This document shows, piece by piece, positions 20,388-29,508 of a stretch of DNA of 64,000 nucleotides. The stretch lies in NCBI GenBank assembly GCA_002691205.1, contig NZHD01000061.1, positions 31,696 to 95,695 on the forward strand, written 5' to 3'. A model generated the notes under the pieces. It ran no database searches. It saw only the letters and a list, made by a program, of their open reading frames with translations, and was not told where the DNA came from. Within the stretch, counting starts at the first letter, position 1. Each line of letters opens with the position of its first letter. Both the position numbers and the translations under genes were made by a program. The DNA comes from Deltaproteobacteria bacterium (GTDB lineage Bacteria > Myxococcota_A > UBA9160 > UBA4427).

Positions 20388-21145
20388 GTGTCGGGTTCTT
20401 CCAACGCCTCTTGGCGTTGCTGGAAGACCCTTCTGGCCTCGACTTCCCAGCGAAGGAGAACCAAGTAGATGAAAGCGAATCCCAGGCAGAGGTTACCCAG
20501 TAAGAACGGCCAACCCATGCCGTCCCCTAGGCTGCCGCGTTCGAGATTGTCGGGGTGCATACTGCGGTTGTCGAAGATCTCGATCACATAGTAGTTCAGT
20601 GGAATGAGGACGAGTCCAATCACTCCATAGATCGCCGCGAAGCGTGCTGTTCGAGGACCCGGCCCGCTAAAGCTACGCAGCAAGAGGTAGGCGAGGTAGA
20701 CGAACCACAAGAGAAGGGTCACGGTGAGCCGTGGATCCCATGACCACCAGCGCCCCCACGTACCCCGGGCCCAGATCGGACCTGTGACTAACATCAGTGT
20801 GCAGAAGAGAACGCCGACCTCTGCCCCTGAGATGGCAAGCCGGTCGCAATCTTCCCGGCCGCGCCAAAGATAGAGAAGACCACCAATGGCGGTAATGACG
20901 AAGCCAAGATAGGCCCCATAGGCCAAGGGTGGATGTACGTAGAGGATTTTCTGGATTACGCCTTGAGTATGATCGAGGGGGGCCTGAAAAACAGCCCAGG
21001 CGTATACGAGAGTGATGACGACGAGAAGCCAGCCGAAGGGCTGGCGCCAACGTGTCGCCTGTTGCTCCAAGGGAGACAGTCCTCCGTTGGTGGTGTGAGC
21101 GGAGTCATCTTTTGTCTGCGAAAAAGGTTTGGTCATAGGTGTCAT
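20384..21145 (-). CDS. ccmC: heme exporter protein CcmC
   Basis: WWD motif WGRWWSWDPRLT. Polytopic membrane protein. ATGA overlap with the ccmB stop. Confidence 0.9.
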   Translation of the reverse strand: MTPMTKPFSQTKDDSAHTTNGGLSPLEQQATRWRQPFGWLLVVITLVYAWAVFQAPLDHTQGVIQKILYVHPPLAYGAYLGFVITAIGGLLYLWRGREDCDRLAISGAEVGVLFCTLMLVTGPIWARGTWGRWWSWDPRLTVTLLLWFVYLAYLLLRSFSGPGPRTARFAAIYGVIGLVLIPLNYYVIEIFDNRSMHPDNLERGSLGDGMGWPFLLGNLCLGFAFIYLVLLRWEVEARRVFQQRQEALEEPDT

Positions 21146-21807
21146 TCGTCCAAGATGTATTCGAAGCCCAAGAAGGATATCACGAGGTAGATCCCATCAA
21201 TGACGATCAGTAACTGAACAGAGCTGAAGGGGATCCCTTCGCCCGCCATGACCGAAAGAGTACCGTGTACGGCGCCCGATAGGACAGGAACCAGGGCGGG
21301 GAGAAGGAGGATGGGAAGAAGAACCTCTCTTAACCGGGTGCGGACCGCCATCGCGGCCAGGAGGGTCCCAACGGAGCAAATTCCCAGGGTGGCGAGCATG
21401 ATGACAGCCGCGAGGTTGAGGGCGGAGGAGCTGAAGTCCACACCGTAAAAGAGAGCAAAGGCGAGAGCCGTGAGAGCTTGAACTAGGGAGAGCAAGATGA
21501 AGTTAGCGGCGGCTTTTCCAAGGAAAATCCAGCCTCGGCCCCCTGGAGCCAACGCCAAGCCCGAGAGCGCTTCATTTTCGAGCTCAAGGGCGAACGATCG
21601 ATTGAGGCCCAGAATCGCTGCAAAAAGATAGGCGGTCCAGAGTAGGCCTGGAGTGAGCGTTCGAAGCGTCTCGGGTCGCTGGTCGGGCAACGCAAAGTAG
21701 AAGATGACGGCCGTGAGAATCGAGAAGAGAAGCATGGCGATGACGCGTTCACGGGCTCTCCACTCTGTGACGAGATCTTTCCATAGAATGGCCAGGGCGA
21801 TATTCAT
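21142..21807 (-). CDS. ccmB: heme exporter permease CcmB
   Basis: 221-aa six-TM protein located between ccmA and ccmC. ATGA overlap with the ccmA stop. Confidence 0.85.
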   Translation of the reverse strand: MNIALAILWKDLVTEWRARERVIAMLLFSILTAVIFYFALPDQRPETLRTLTPGLLWTAYLFAAILGLNRSFALELENEALSGLALAPGGRGWIFLGKAAANFILLSLVQALTALAFALFYGVDFSSSALNLAAVIMLATLGICSVGTLLAAMAVRTRLREVLLPILLLPALVPVLSGAVHGTLSVMAGEGIPFSSVQLLIVIDGIYLVISFLGFEYILDE

Positions 21808-22502
21808 GATTGGAGGTCCAGGGCTTTCGCATAAATTTCGCTGAGGTTTTGCGGCGTGAGTTCGCCACCGGTGAGGCGCTCCGCAACTTGACCTCTCAGC
21901 ACAATCAGTGCCGTATCCGCCAGCATGGCGGCCCGTTCTACTTCATGAGTGACGAGCAACCAGCTCTGCCCGGCGTTGCGGAGTTCAATGAGCCTTTGGC
22001 TGAGCCGACTAATCGCGGGAACGTCGAGTCCGGTGAAGGGTTCGTCGAGCAGCAGCAGGGAAGGTTTGTGAACACGTGCTCGCGCAATGGCGAGCCGCTG
22101 CGCCATTCCGCGGGAGAAACCACCGGCGCGTCGTTGAGCCACTGGGCTGAGATCTTCTTCTTCAAGAAGTTGGTCCGCACGTCGAGCCGGCTTGGGCACT
22201 CCGTGAAGCCGAGCCGCGAAGATAAGGTTTTCTCGCGCGGTGAGCTCAGGGTAAAGAAGGGTGGCGTGACCCAGGTAGCCTATGGCCCGTCGATCATGAG
22301 CTGTCCCCTGAATCTCAAGAGTGCCCCGCGTCGGAGCCGCCAGTCCGGCCACGATTCGTAAGAGGGTGCTTTTGCCGGCTCCATTGGGTCCCAGCAGCGA
22401 GATGGTCTCGCCGTGATCCAAGTCGAGACTGATATTTCGCAAGGCTGTGATAGGCCCATAGGCCTTTTCGATGTCCTTAAGCCGCAGCAAAGGAGAAGTC
22501 AT
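21804..22502 (-). CDS. ccmA: heme export ABC ATPase CcmA
   Basis: Walker A GPNGAGKST, signature-like FSRGMAQRLAIA, and Walker B LLLLDEP. ATG 22502 (MTSPLLRLKDIEKAYG) overlaps the upstream stop (ATGA 22499-22502). The longer ORF-track start is rejected. Confidence 0.9.
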   Translation of the reverse strand: MTSPLLRLKDIEKAYGPITALRNISLDLDHGETISLLGPNGAGKSTLLRIVAGLAAPTRGTLEIQGTAHDRRAIGYLGHATLLYPELTARENLIFAARLHGVPKPARRADQLLEEEDLSPVAQRRAGGFSRGMAQRLAIARARVHKPSLLLLDEPFTGLDVPAISRLSQRLIELRNAGQSWLLVTHEVERAAMLADTALIVLRGQVAERLTGGELTPQNLSEIYAKALDLQS

Positions 22503-24385
22503 TCGGTCTCGCTCGAGGAGACTCCGCTTCCGCATCCGGCGCAGAATTTCCATTGCGGCTGTAAGCTTTGGCCGCACTCTACACAAAACTTTTGGGTGCC
22601 CGACTCGAGATTCTGCGTTGGGGTCGTGTCAGTTTTTTGGTTTTTAAGGGCTTCTTCTTCTTGGAGTAGTTTGACGGCACTGGCATACAATTCTTGACGG
22701 AGGCTTTGATATTCAGATTCGTCGACTTTTCCCGTTTGAAAATCATCCTCTAGGTCATTGATGGACTCATAGATGTCAGCCCGTTCACGAGCCAGCGACC
22801 CAATGGCTTCGTCCTCGAGTGGCTCTTTTCGTTGGGTACGAAGTGGTGTTGCTAGGAAAAATGCGGCCAGAACCCCGGCCAGAAGGGCTGCAATACGGGC
22901 GCCGTTGGTGGAGACTCCACGGCTCCCGATAGGGGTAAGAGTGAGGCTGATCGTCTCTCCAGGATTTACTTGGTAGGCTTGCCGATGGAGATAGAAACGT
23001 GTGCCCTGCTTGAAGGGGCGTTGGCGATGTAGACGGTCGCTGTCAATCACGACGCCATTGTCGGCGACAAGAACATTCAAAAGGTCGACTTCTTTTGACA
23101 GACTGAGATCTAGGCGGGCTTCTCCGCGGACCGGCAATCGGAAGCGATAACCGAGCGTGGACGTTCCTGGGGGCAGGGGACCGCGGACATCAAGTCCCCC
23201 TTCTTCTCCAGGCACGACGCCAAAGGCGCCGGTGGAGCCAGCGAGGCCTTGGAATTCGGCGCCCGGGGGAAGGGCGATGTGGAGCAGCGATTCTCCAGGA
23301 GCGGCCAGCAGTCGAACATCCGTGTCGACTTCCACCGTGATTTCCGCGTTGACTCGGACTTCGGTGTCATCGTGGTCCACCCAAAAGTCGCTTCGGCTGA
23401 CTTGGAGTTGTGAGTCATCCGCTGAACTCGGAGGGGCTGTGAGTGAAAACTTCTGTATTCCGCCCGGTTGGACGGCCGGGATTTTGAAACGACGATAATT
23501 CTGATCGCCAATTTCTAGGATTTCACCCGTGTCGATCCATTCTTCATTTCCAGGAGTCGGCAGACGGGTCGGGATGAGAACCGAAGCGACGGGGGCACCA
23601 GAGGGAACAAGCTGCTCGACGTCGACTTGGTCACTCCCGGGGCTTTTCTTGGCAAGGAAGCCATATCGAAGTTCCTGATCGCCCGGATAGAAAGGTCCCC
23701 ATGCGTCGATGAAGGTCGACTCTTCGCCCTCTCTTCGAAGGAGGCCTTCGCTCGCTCCGAGAAACTCGGCGATTTCGTCAGGCAAACGAGCTTCGAAAAA
23801 AGGGGACTGCCCGTCTCTGTCGGTCTCCTGAATAAAGATGACCGCGTCTGAACGGTTGGTGATCTTCTGTGAGACCTGCACAAGAAGCTGGTCGCCGATC
23901 CAGTCGAGGAGCCAGCGCGTCTCGGAGATCTCAAGTGCGGATCTTTTTGCGTGGACGGTTTGAAGCTGTATTGCAGCGTCTATTTCAGTCTCTCCGGGCT
24001 GAAATACTACGCGTTTTCCAAACGGGACTTCGGCGATGCGCGTGCCTAGGAGATAAATGACATCCGGTGAATTGTTGAGGTTGGTAAAAACATACTCACC
24101 GGAGAGATTGGTTTCAGCATTAGCCAAGCCTGGACTGCCGTCGGGTTGCAGCGCGTACAGGACGAGTGGAAGGTTATCAATGGTTTGGCCGGGTTCGGCG
24201 GCGATCACACGGGCACGGATCACTCCGGGGCCGGGGGCCGGGGGGCCGACTTGGCCAGTGCTGGGCGAAGTCACTTGCTGGGGGATCTGAGACTGCGCCG
24301 GGCTAACAACGGCCCAGCCCAGGGCCAGAATGAGGAGACCGTATCGAAACTTCCTAACCCCCTGGAAGACCGTCAGTAAATTCAC
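22499..24385 (-). CDS. uncharacterised ccm-operon protein: signal peptide, CarboxypepD_reg-like beta domain, large periplasmic region, one TM, cytoplasmic CcmI-like helical segment, C-terminal zinc ribbon
   Basis: GTG 24385 overlaps the ccmF stop (GTGA) and its own stop overlaps the ccmA ATG. N-terminus NLLTVFQGVRKFRYGLLILALGWAVVSPAQS. TM helix ARIAALLAGVLAAFFLATPL. Zinc ribbon CVECG-x10-CAGCG (22532-22585). Confidence 0.7.
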   Translation of the reverse strand: MNLLTVFQGVRKFRYGLLILALGWAVVSPAQSQIPQQVTSPSTGQVGPPAPGPGVIRARVIAAEPGQTIDNLPLVLYALQPDGSPGLANAETNLSGEYVFTNLNNSPDVIYLLGTRIAEVPFGKRVVFQPGETEIDAAIQLQTVHAKRSALEISETRWLLDWIGDQLLVQVSQKITNRSDAVIFIQETDRDGQSPFFEARLPDEIAEFLGASEGLLRREGEESTFIDAWGPFYPGDQELRYGFLAKKSPGSDQVDVEQLVPSGAPVASVLIPTRLPTPGNEEWIDTGEILEIGDQNYRRFKIPAVQPGGIQKFSLTAPPSSADDSQLQVSRSDFWVDHDDTEVRVNAEITVEVDTDVRLLAAPGESLLHIALPPGAEFQGLAGSTGAFGVVPGEEGGLDVRGPLPPGTSTLGYRFRLPVRGEARLDLSLSKEVDLLNVLVADNGVVIDSDRLHRQRPFKQGTRFYLHRQAYQVNPGETISLTLTPIGSRGVSTNGARIAALLAGVLAAFFLATPLRTQRKEPLEDEAIGSLARERADIYESINDLEDDFQTGKVDESEYQSLRQELYASAVKLLQEEEALKNQKTDTTPTQNLESGTQKFCVECGQSLQPQWKFCAGCGSGVSSSETE

Positions 24386-26352
24386 GTAGCGGGTCCCGCG
24401 CTCCCGCGAGGGGGATGTGGCCAAAGAATGGCTACACCGCCTAGAGCGAAGAGAATCGAACCGGCCCAAATCCAGTTCACCAGAGGGTTTCGGTAGATTT
24501 TGATTGTGGCGGAGCCGTCTTCTTCAATGGCATTGATAATGACGTAGATATCTTCCATCCAAGTCGAGTAGATGGAAGGAATGGTCGAAGGTTGGTCTTC
24601 AAGCCAGTAGATTCGCCTCTGAGGTTCCATGATGGCCAGTGGATTTTCATCACGAAAAAGAGCGAGCCTCGCGGTGGCTCCGCCATAGTGCTGCTCGGTG
24701 ATGGGCTTCGCCGTGAGGTACTCGATGCGGTATTCGCTCATTTCAACCGATTGGCCGGGCTTTACGTTTTCAAGCTGTTCGATGTTGAAAACGCTCCCCG
24801 AAATCCCGAGGAGCATGACGACGACACCGAGATGGATAATGTAGCCGCCATAGCGTCTTTGGTTTTTGGAAAGCAGGGTGGCGAAAGCCGCGACTACGGA
24901 TTCATCATGGGCGCGACGGCGAGCCCGAACGGCCTGAATGTATTCTTGGCCGATGGTAGCGGTGGTGAAGGCGCAGAGCCCCCAGCACGTCAACGACCAG
25001 TAACCGACTTGGTTGCGAAAGATGAGGGCCAAAATGACCGTGACCACAGCACCTGTAACGAGGGGCCATTTGAACTGCCGGCGAAGGCTAGCCACGCTGG
25101 CCTTGCGCCACGCGATGAGGGGGCCCACCCCGGTCAGAAAAAGGAGAATTAACGCGAGAGGTCCGGTGACTTGATTAAAGAAGTGTGGCCCGAGGGTTAA
25201 TCGGTCTCCGCTGAAGTACTCGGAGAAAACCGGCAGCAGCGTAAAACCGAAAACCACAGCGAGAAGAACCATGAAGACCCAGTTGTTGAGGATGAAACTT
25301 GATTCCCGAGAGAGAACGGATTCAAGTTTACGAGGGCTTGCGAGTTCTTTTCGACGGGCAAAGACAGCAATGCCAAAGACGACGACTGAGACCACGACGT
25401 AGCCCAGGAAAAGAGGTTTGTACCAACCCGCATCCGTGAAAGCGTGCACTGACTGGACGATTCCACTTCGAGTGAGAAAGGTTCCAAATAGGCAGAGCGA
25501 ATAGGTCAGTCCAATGAGGATGACATTCCAGGTTTTGAGCATGTCGCGTTTTTCCTGGATCATCACGGAGTGAAGGTAGGCTGTGGCGGCGAGCCACGGC
25601 ATCAGGGAGGCATTTTCGACAGGATCCCAAGCCCAGTAGCCCCCCCAACCCAAGACTTCGTAGGCCCAACGCCCGCCGAGTACAATGCCAGCGCCCAGTG
25701 CAAGCCAAGCAAAGAGGCTCCAGCGTCGCGTAGTCTTGAACCATTCCGTACCCAGACGTCCCGTGACCAGTGCAGCGAAGGCAAAGGCGAAAGGCGTGGC
25801 GAAGCCTGTAAAGCCCAAGTAGAGCATCACTGGATGGATCAGCATGACGGGGTGTTGAAGGAGAGGGTTGAGGCCTTGGCCATCGGAAAGAACTTCCCCG
25901 GGTGGCACGCGTTCAAACGGGCTTGTTAGGAATTCGAGGAGAAAAAGGAAGAAGCCAGCATTGGCGAGCAAAACCACTGCGACCCATGGAATCAAAGCCG
26001 ACTGGCTTCGGCGGTTGGCAAACACGCCAGCGGATCCAAAAGCCATTAGGAGGAAAGCCCATAGAAGAAGGGAACCCGCCTGCCCCCCCCACAGAGCCCC
26101 AAGTCGGTAGGGGAGCGTCATGCTTCGCGCAGAGTGGCGAGCGACGTATTCCATGGAGAAGTCATTCATGCCCAGTGACCAGAATAGACTGATCATGGCG
26201 ATTCCCAGGAAGACGAGCACGGTGTAGACAGAGCGCTCCGCGACTTGTCCCCAGTCGGCGCGTCGAGTGACGCCTGAGCCGATGCCTGCAAGAATCCCAA
26301 AGATAGCCGCAAGGAGTGCGAATCGGATAGCGTAAAGACCTATTTCGGACAT
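24382..26352 (-). CDS. ccmF: cytochrome c heme lyase subunit CcmF
   Basis: 656-aa polytopic membrane protein with WWD motif WGGYWAWDPVENASLMPW. Confidence 0.9.
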   Translation of the reverse strand: MSEIGLYAIRFALLAAIFGILAGIGSGVTRRADWGQVAERSVYTVLVFLGIAMISLFWSLGMNDFSMEYVARHSARSMTLPYRLGALWGGQAGSLLLWAFLLMAFGSAGVFANRRSQSALIPWVAVVLLANAGFFLFLLEFLTSPFERVPPGEVLSDGQGLNPLLQHPVMLIHPVMLYLGFTGFATPFAFAFAALVTGRLGTEWFKTTRRWSLFAWLALGAGIVLGGRWAYEVLGWGGYWAWDPVENASLMPWLAATAYLHSVMIQEKRDMLKTWNVILIGLTYSLCLFGTFLTRSGIVQSVHAFTDAGWYKPLFLGYVVVSVVVFGIAVFARRKELASPRKLESVLSRESSFILNNWVFMVLLAVVFGFTLLPVFSEYFSGDRLTLGPHFFNQVTGPLALILLFLTGVGPLIAWRKASVASLRRQFKWPLVTGAVVTVILALIFRNQVGYWSLTCWGLCAFTTATIGQEYIQAVRARRRAHDESVVAAFATLLSKNQRRYGGYIIHLGVVVMLLGISGSVFNIEQLENVKPGQSVEMSEYRIEYLTAKPITEQHYGGATARLALFRDENPLAIMEPQRRIYWLEDQPSTIPSIYSTWMEDIYVIINAIEEDGSATIKIYRNPLVNWIWAGSILFALGGVAILWPHPPRGSAGPAT

Positions 26353-26433
26353 GGTCGAGGTTCCTGTTCTTCCGTGGGCGCAGTTGAGCCGCTTTTGAGA
26401 AACGGCCCGAGGGTCGGGTGAGACGGTGTTGTG

Positions 26434-26907
26434 TTACAGCACGACTTCGGGTTCACCCGATGACGTGCCTTCGGCGGCGGCGGCCGCTTCAAATTTGGAA
26501 GGGCACTTCGCCATGAGGTTGTCGGCGAGAAAGAGTGTGCGTCCCTGCTGGTGTTCGATTCGCCCCTCGACCACGACTTCGGCTCCGTCGCGAAAGAGGT
26601 CGGGCGTTTCAAGGCCCAAGTAGAGGACTTCAAGCGTTCGGTTTGAGGCTAACCCGGAATGGGGTGGAGTGCCTTGGACCGAAAAGACGACTTTCTTCGC
26701 GTCGAGGTCGCGATCGATCGAATCATTGGCCACATATCCGTGAACTCGGACCGGGCGTCCTTCAAGACCATCCACATTGGCCATGAATTCGTCGAGATCT
26801 TGGTAATACTGAAAGGCCGCTTGACCCTGAATATTTGTGTAGGCGTACCAGCCCAATAGACCCACCACGATGGCCGCCCCGAGTGCGATCTGTAGACCTT
26901 TGGACAT
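26434..26907 (-). CDS. ccmE: heme chaperone CcmE, variant with Cys in place of the heme-binding His
   Basis: N-terminal anchor followed by an OB-fold (RVHGYV, DLFRDGAEVVVEG). C-terminal LMAKCPSKFE aligns with the canonical LAKHDENY. Confidence 0.85.
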   Translation of the reverse strand: MSKGLQIALGAAIVVGLLGWYAYTNIQGQAAFQYYQDLDEFMANVDGLEGRPVRVHGYVANDSIDRDLDAKKVVFSVQGTPPHSGLASNRTLEVLYLGLETPDLFRDGAEVVVEGRIEHQQGRTLFLADNLMAKCPSKFEAAAAAEGTSSGEPEVVL

Positions 26908-27105
26908 TTTTATCCCATCTTTTGAGCTGTCGCGGAGAGGCGTTTGGAGGTCGAATCTCGCGCGTCCCGACTCTTTCCGTTCACCTAATGAGGCTAGCCA
27001 CAGGCATCGATCTAGTCAAACGGGACCATCTCCGAAACCCTTGTGTTTTCAGATAGTTGCATTCGTGGCCTCGACACTGAGCCAAGGGGTCGCTAATTCC
27101 GGTCT

Positions 27106-28299
27106 ATGACTGACTTTACGCCCACCCGAACCGCTTCGAGACTCGCCGGTTTGACGCCTTTTCTGGTCATGGAGATCATGGAGAGAGCTCTAGACTTGGA
27201 GGCCCGTGGACGATCTGTGGTTCATCTCGAGATTGGCGAACCCGATGCTTCGCCTCCAAGAGCGGGCCTCGACGCAGCCGCAGAGGCTCTGCAGTTGGGC
27301 CAGACCCGATATACCGATAGCTGTGGCCTTTTGGAACTGCGACAGGCCATTGCAGACGACTACCAAGCCCGGTGTGGATTACGGCCCGACCCGGCTACGA
27401 TTTTGGTCACTCCCGGAACGTCCCCCGCCATGCTTTTAGCCTTCTCTCTTCTCCTAGATTCGGGAGGTGAAGTGATCATGCCCGAACCCTACTACGCCTG
27501 TTACCCAAATTTCGTCCGGTATTGCGGTGGTACGGTGGTTCCCTGCGTGACTCGTGCAGACGAAAGCTTTGCCGTTGATCCCGAACGCATTCGGAAATTA
27601 GTGACGCCTCAAACTCGCGCGATTGTTCTCGCTTCGCCTTCGAACCCGACGGGTGCAGTACAGAGTTTGGAAGTCATGCGTGCCCTCGCAGAGCTTGGTC
27701 CGCCTTTAGTTTCTGATGAGATTTACCACGGCCTCGTTTATGGGGAAGGTGAAGCTCATTCGGCGCTGGGATTGAGCGACGAAGTTTTTGTTCTGGACGG
27801 GATCTCGAAACGCTATTCGATGACGGGCTTCAGGTTGGGTTGGTTGGTGGCTCCTCCATGGGCCATGCCTTCGCTACGTATCATGCAACAAAATTTCTTC
27901 ATTTCGGCAGCTGAGCCTTCGCAACGAGCGGGATTGGCTGCTCTTCGTTCTGGGGAAGGCACCCCCTCGGCTATGCGGAGGGAGTACTCTGCGCGTCGTG
28001 ATCAACTCGTGGAGGGGCTCCGTGAATTGGGCTTCGGGATTCCTCACTCGCCCCAGGGAAGCTTTTATGTTCTCGCGGACGCTCAGCGTTACGGTCGCGA
28101 TTCTCTGGCGCTGGCGTATGGTCTGCTTGAAGAAGCCGGAGTCGCCGTGGCGCCTGGCATCGATTTTGGGCCTTCTTCTGAGGGCATGCTGAGGTTTAGC
28201 TATGCGGTGAGTGAAGCCTCGATTCGTGAAGCTTTGAAGAGGATGGGTCGTGTTTTGCCGGAGTGGGAGAAAAAGAATGAGAAGGAGGCTCAGAGATGA
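27106..28299 (+). CDS. class I/II PLP-dependent aminotransferase (aspartate/aromatic-like)
   Basis: PLP-lysine motif SKRYSMTGFRLGW. SPSNPTG motif. Confidence 0.85.
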   Translation: MTDFTPTRTASRLAGLTPFLVMEIMERALDLEARGRSVVHLEIGEPDASPPRAGLDAAAEALQLGQTRYTDSCGLLELRQAIADDYQARCGLRPDPATILVTPGTSPAMLLAFSLLLDSGGEVIMPEPYYACYPNFVRYCGGTVVPCVTRADESFAVDPERIRKLVTPQTRAIVLASPSNPTGAVQSLEVMRALAELGPPLVSDEIYHGLVYGEGEAHSALGLSDEVFVLDGISKRYSMTGFRLGWLVAPPWAMPSLRIMQQNFFISAAEPSQRAGLAALRSGEGTPSAMRREYSARRDQLVEGLRELGFGIPHSPQGSFYVLADAQRYGRDSLALAYGLLEEAGVAVAPGIDFGPSSEGMLRFSYAVSEASIREALKRMGRVLPEWEKKNEKEAQR

Positions 28300-28895
28300 A
28301 GATTCGTCGAGCTGAACTGCTCGTTTCTTGTCCGAAGGCTTCGGTCTTTCCAGAAGGTGAACGTCCCGAGGTCGCGTTCTTGGGCCGTTCAAATGTCGGC
28401 AAGTCAAGTTTGTTGAATGCACTCGTGCAGCGGAAACAGCTTGCCCACACGAGTTCAACTCCAGGCAAGACCCGAATGATCCATTTTTTTGAAGTGGATA
28501 CTGAGAAGGATGCCTTTACGCTCGTAGACCTTCCTGGTTACGGGTGGGCGCGGGTTTCTAAAAAAGAGCGAGGGAGTTGGCAGCACTTGGTGGAAAGCTA
28601 TCTGGAGAATCGCCCCCAACTCTGCGCCGCAATTTTGTTGCAGGATGTGCGAAGAGATTTTTCAGAAGATGAAACGCTGCTTCTTGATTGGTTGGCTCAG
28701 CGTGATGTGGATGCTCTAGTGGTTTTTACGAAAGCCGACAAACTAAAGACCATGCAGCGAAAGAAAAGGATTGCATTGCTGCGGAAGCAACTCGGAGACC
28801 GTACGACACCGACTCTGGTCACCTCTTCTCAAAAGCGTCTAGGACTTGAAGAAGTCTGGAGGGCTATTCGAGAGCGAGGTCGATCAGAGGATTAG
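28296..28895 (+). CDS. engB: ribosome-biogenesis GTPase YihA/EngB
   Basis: G1 GRSNVGKSSLLNAL, G3 DLPGYG, and G4 TKADK. ATGA overlap with the upstream stop. Confidence 0.9.
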   Translation: MKIRRAELLVSCPKASVFPEGERPEVAFLGRSNVGKSSLLNALVQRKQLAHTSSTPGKTRMIHFFEVDTEKDAFTLVDLPGYGWARVSKKERGSWQHLVESYLENRPQLCAAILLQDVRRDFSEDETLLLDWLAQRDVDALVVFTKADKLKTMQRKKRIALLRKQLGDRTTPTLVTSSQKRLGLEEVWRAIRERGRSED

Positions 28896-28911
28896 CCGGT
28901 TCGGGATACGA

Positions 28912-29298
28912 CTAAAGAGAGAATGGAAGACGAAAGACAAAGCCAATGCCGGTTTTGGGATCATCGGGAAGGCGAGGCGTTCGGCCGATTCGAACTGGCC
29001 GGATCGGAATTTGAAGAAGTTCTTGGCGCCAGCGTTCGAGCACCGTGGGCGCAGTGGTTGTCTCCGGAACCACCAAGAGAGGGCGTGTGAGCCTGGAACT
29101 CATCACAACTGGAATGACTCTCTGCGATCGCGTAGCCCAGTTCCAGAACGCTCTTCCTGGGGAAGCAGAAAACGTACGTTCGCTTGGAGGAGTCTTCTCG
29201 GTCCATTTCGGGACATCCAGGGCGTAGACTGGGGTCGCGAGTCCGGAGAAGGAAAAGGCGAGAGCCAGGCTTAAAATGATAGAGCGCTGTTTTGTCAT
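28912..29298 (-). CDS. hypothetical secreted protein
   Basis: Internal ATG 29298 with GAGGA upstream gives the signal peptide MTKQRSIILSLALAFSFSGLATPVYA. I recognise no family. The alternative-frame ORFs here look like shadows. Confidence 0.4.
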   Translation of the reverse strand: MTKQRSIILSLALAFSFSGLATPVYALDVPKWTEKTPPSERTFSASPGRAFWNWATRSQRVIPVVMSSRLTRPLLVVPETTTAPTVLERWRQELLQIPIRPVRIGRTPRLPDDPKTGIGFVFRLPFSL

Positions 29299-29508
29299 GG
29301 GGGTCCTCGATTGCATTTTTGGAGGAATGCAGGGGTTGCCCATACATCGGCAGCGGGGCCCACGACAAAAGGGGTCTTTTTGTGAACCCATTTCTGTGGC
29401 CCCGCCCGAGGGGAAAAATCACTTATTCTCCAAGACTTGCGGGTCGGCCACCGATTTTATTCACATCCACGAAAGAGGCGAAGGGGTTGTCTTCCTAGGC
29501 AGAGGGCT

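Noticed and set aside
21804-22586. The longer ccmA start (22586) and the longer start of the embedded ORF (24469)
   Set aside because: Both would create 84-88-nt overlaps with the upstream genes. The internal ATG 22502 and GTG 24385 give 4-nt stop/start overlaps, consistent with the rest of the operon, and sensible N-termini.
24477-26192. Several 60-190-aa ORFs in both orientations inside ccmF
   Set aside because: ccmF is continuous with a WWD motif and TM pattern. The others are frame shadows with Arg/Pro/Gly-rich composition.
28846-29422. Competing ORFs (+ 28846..29274, - 28961..29422) in the region after engB
   Set aside because: Neither has a signal or motif. The minus-frame ORF from ATG 29298 has an SD-like GAGGA and a clean signal peptide, so only that one is reported, at low confidence.
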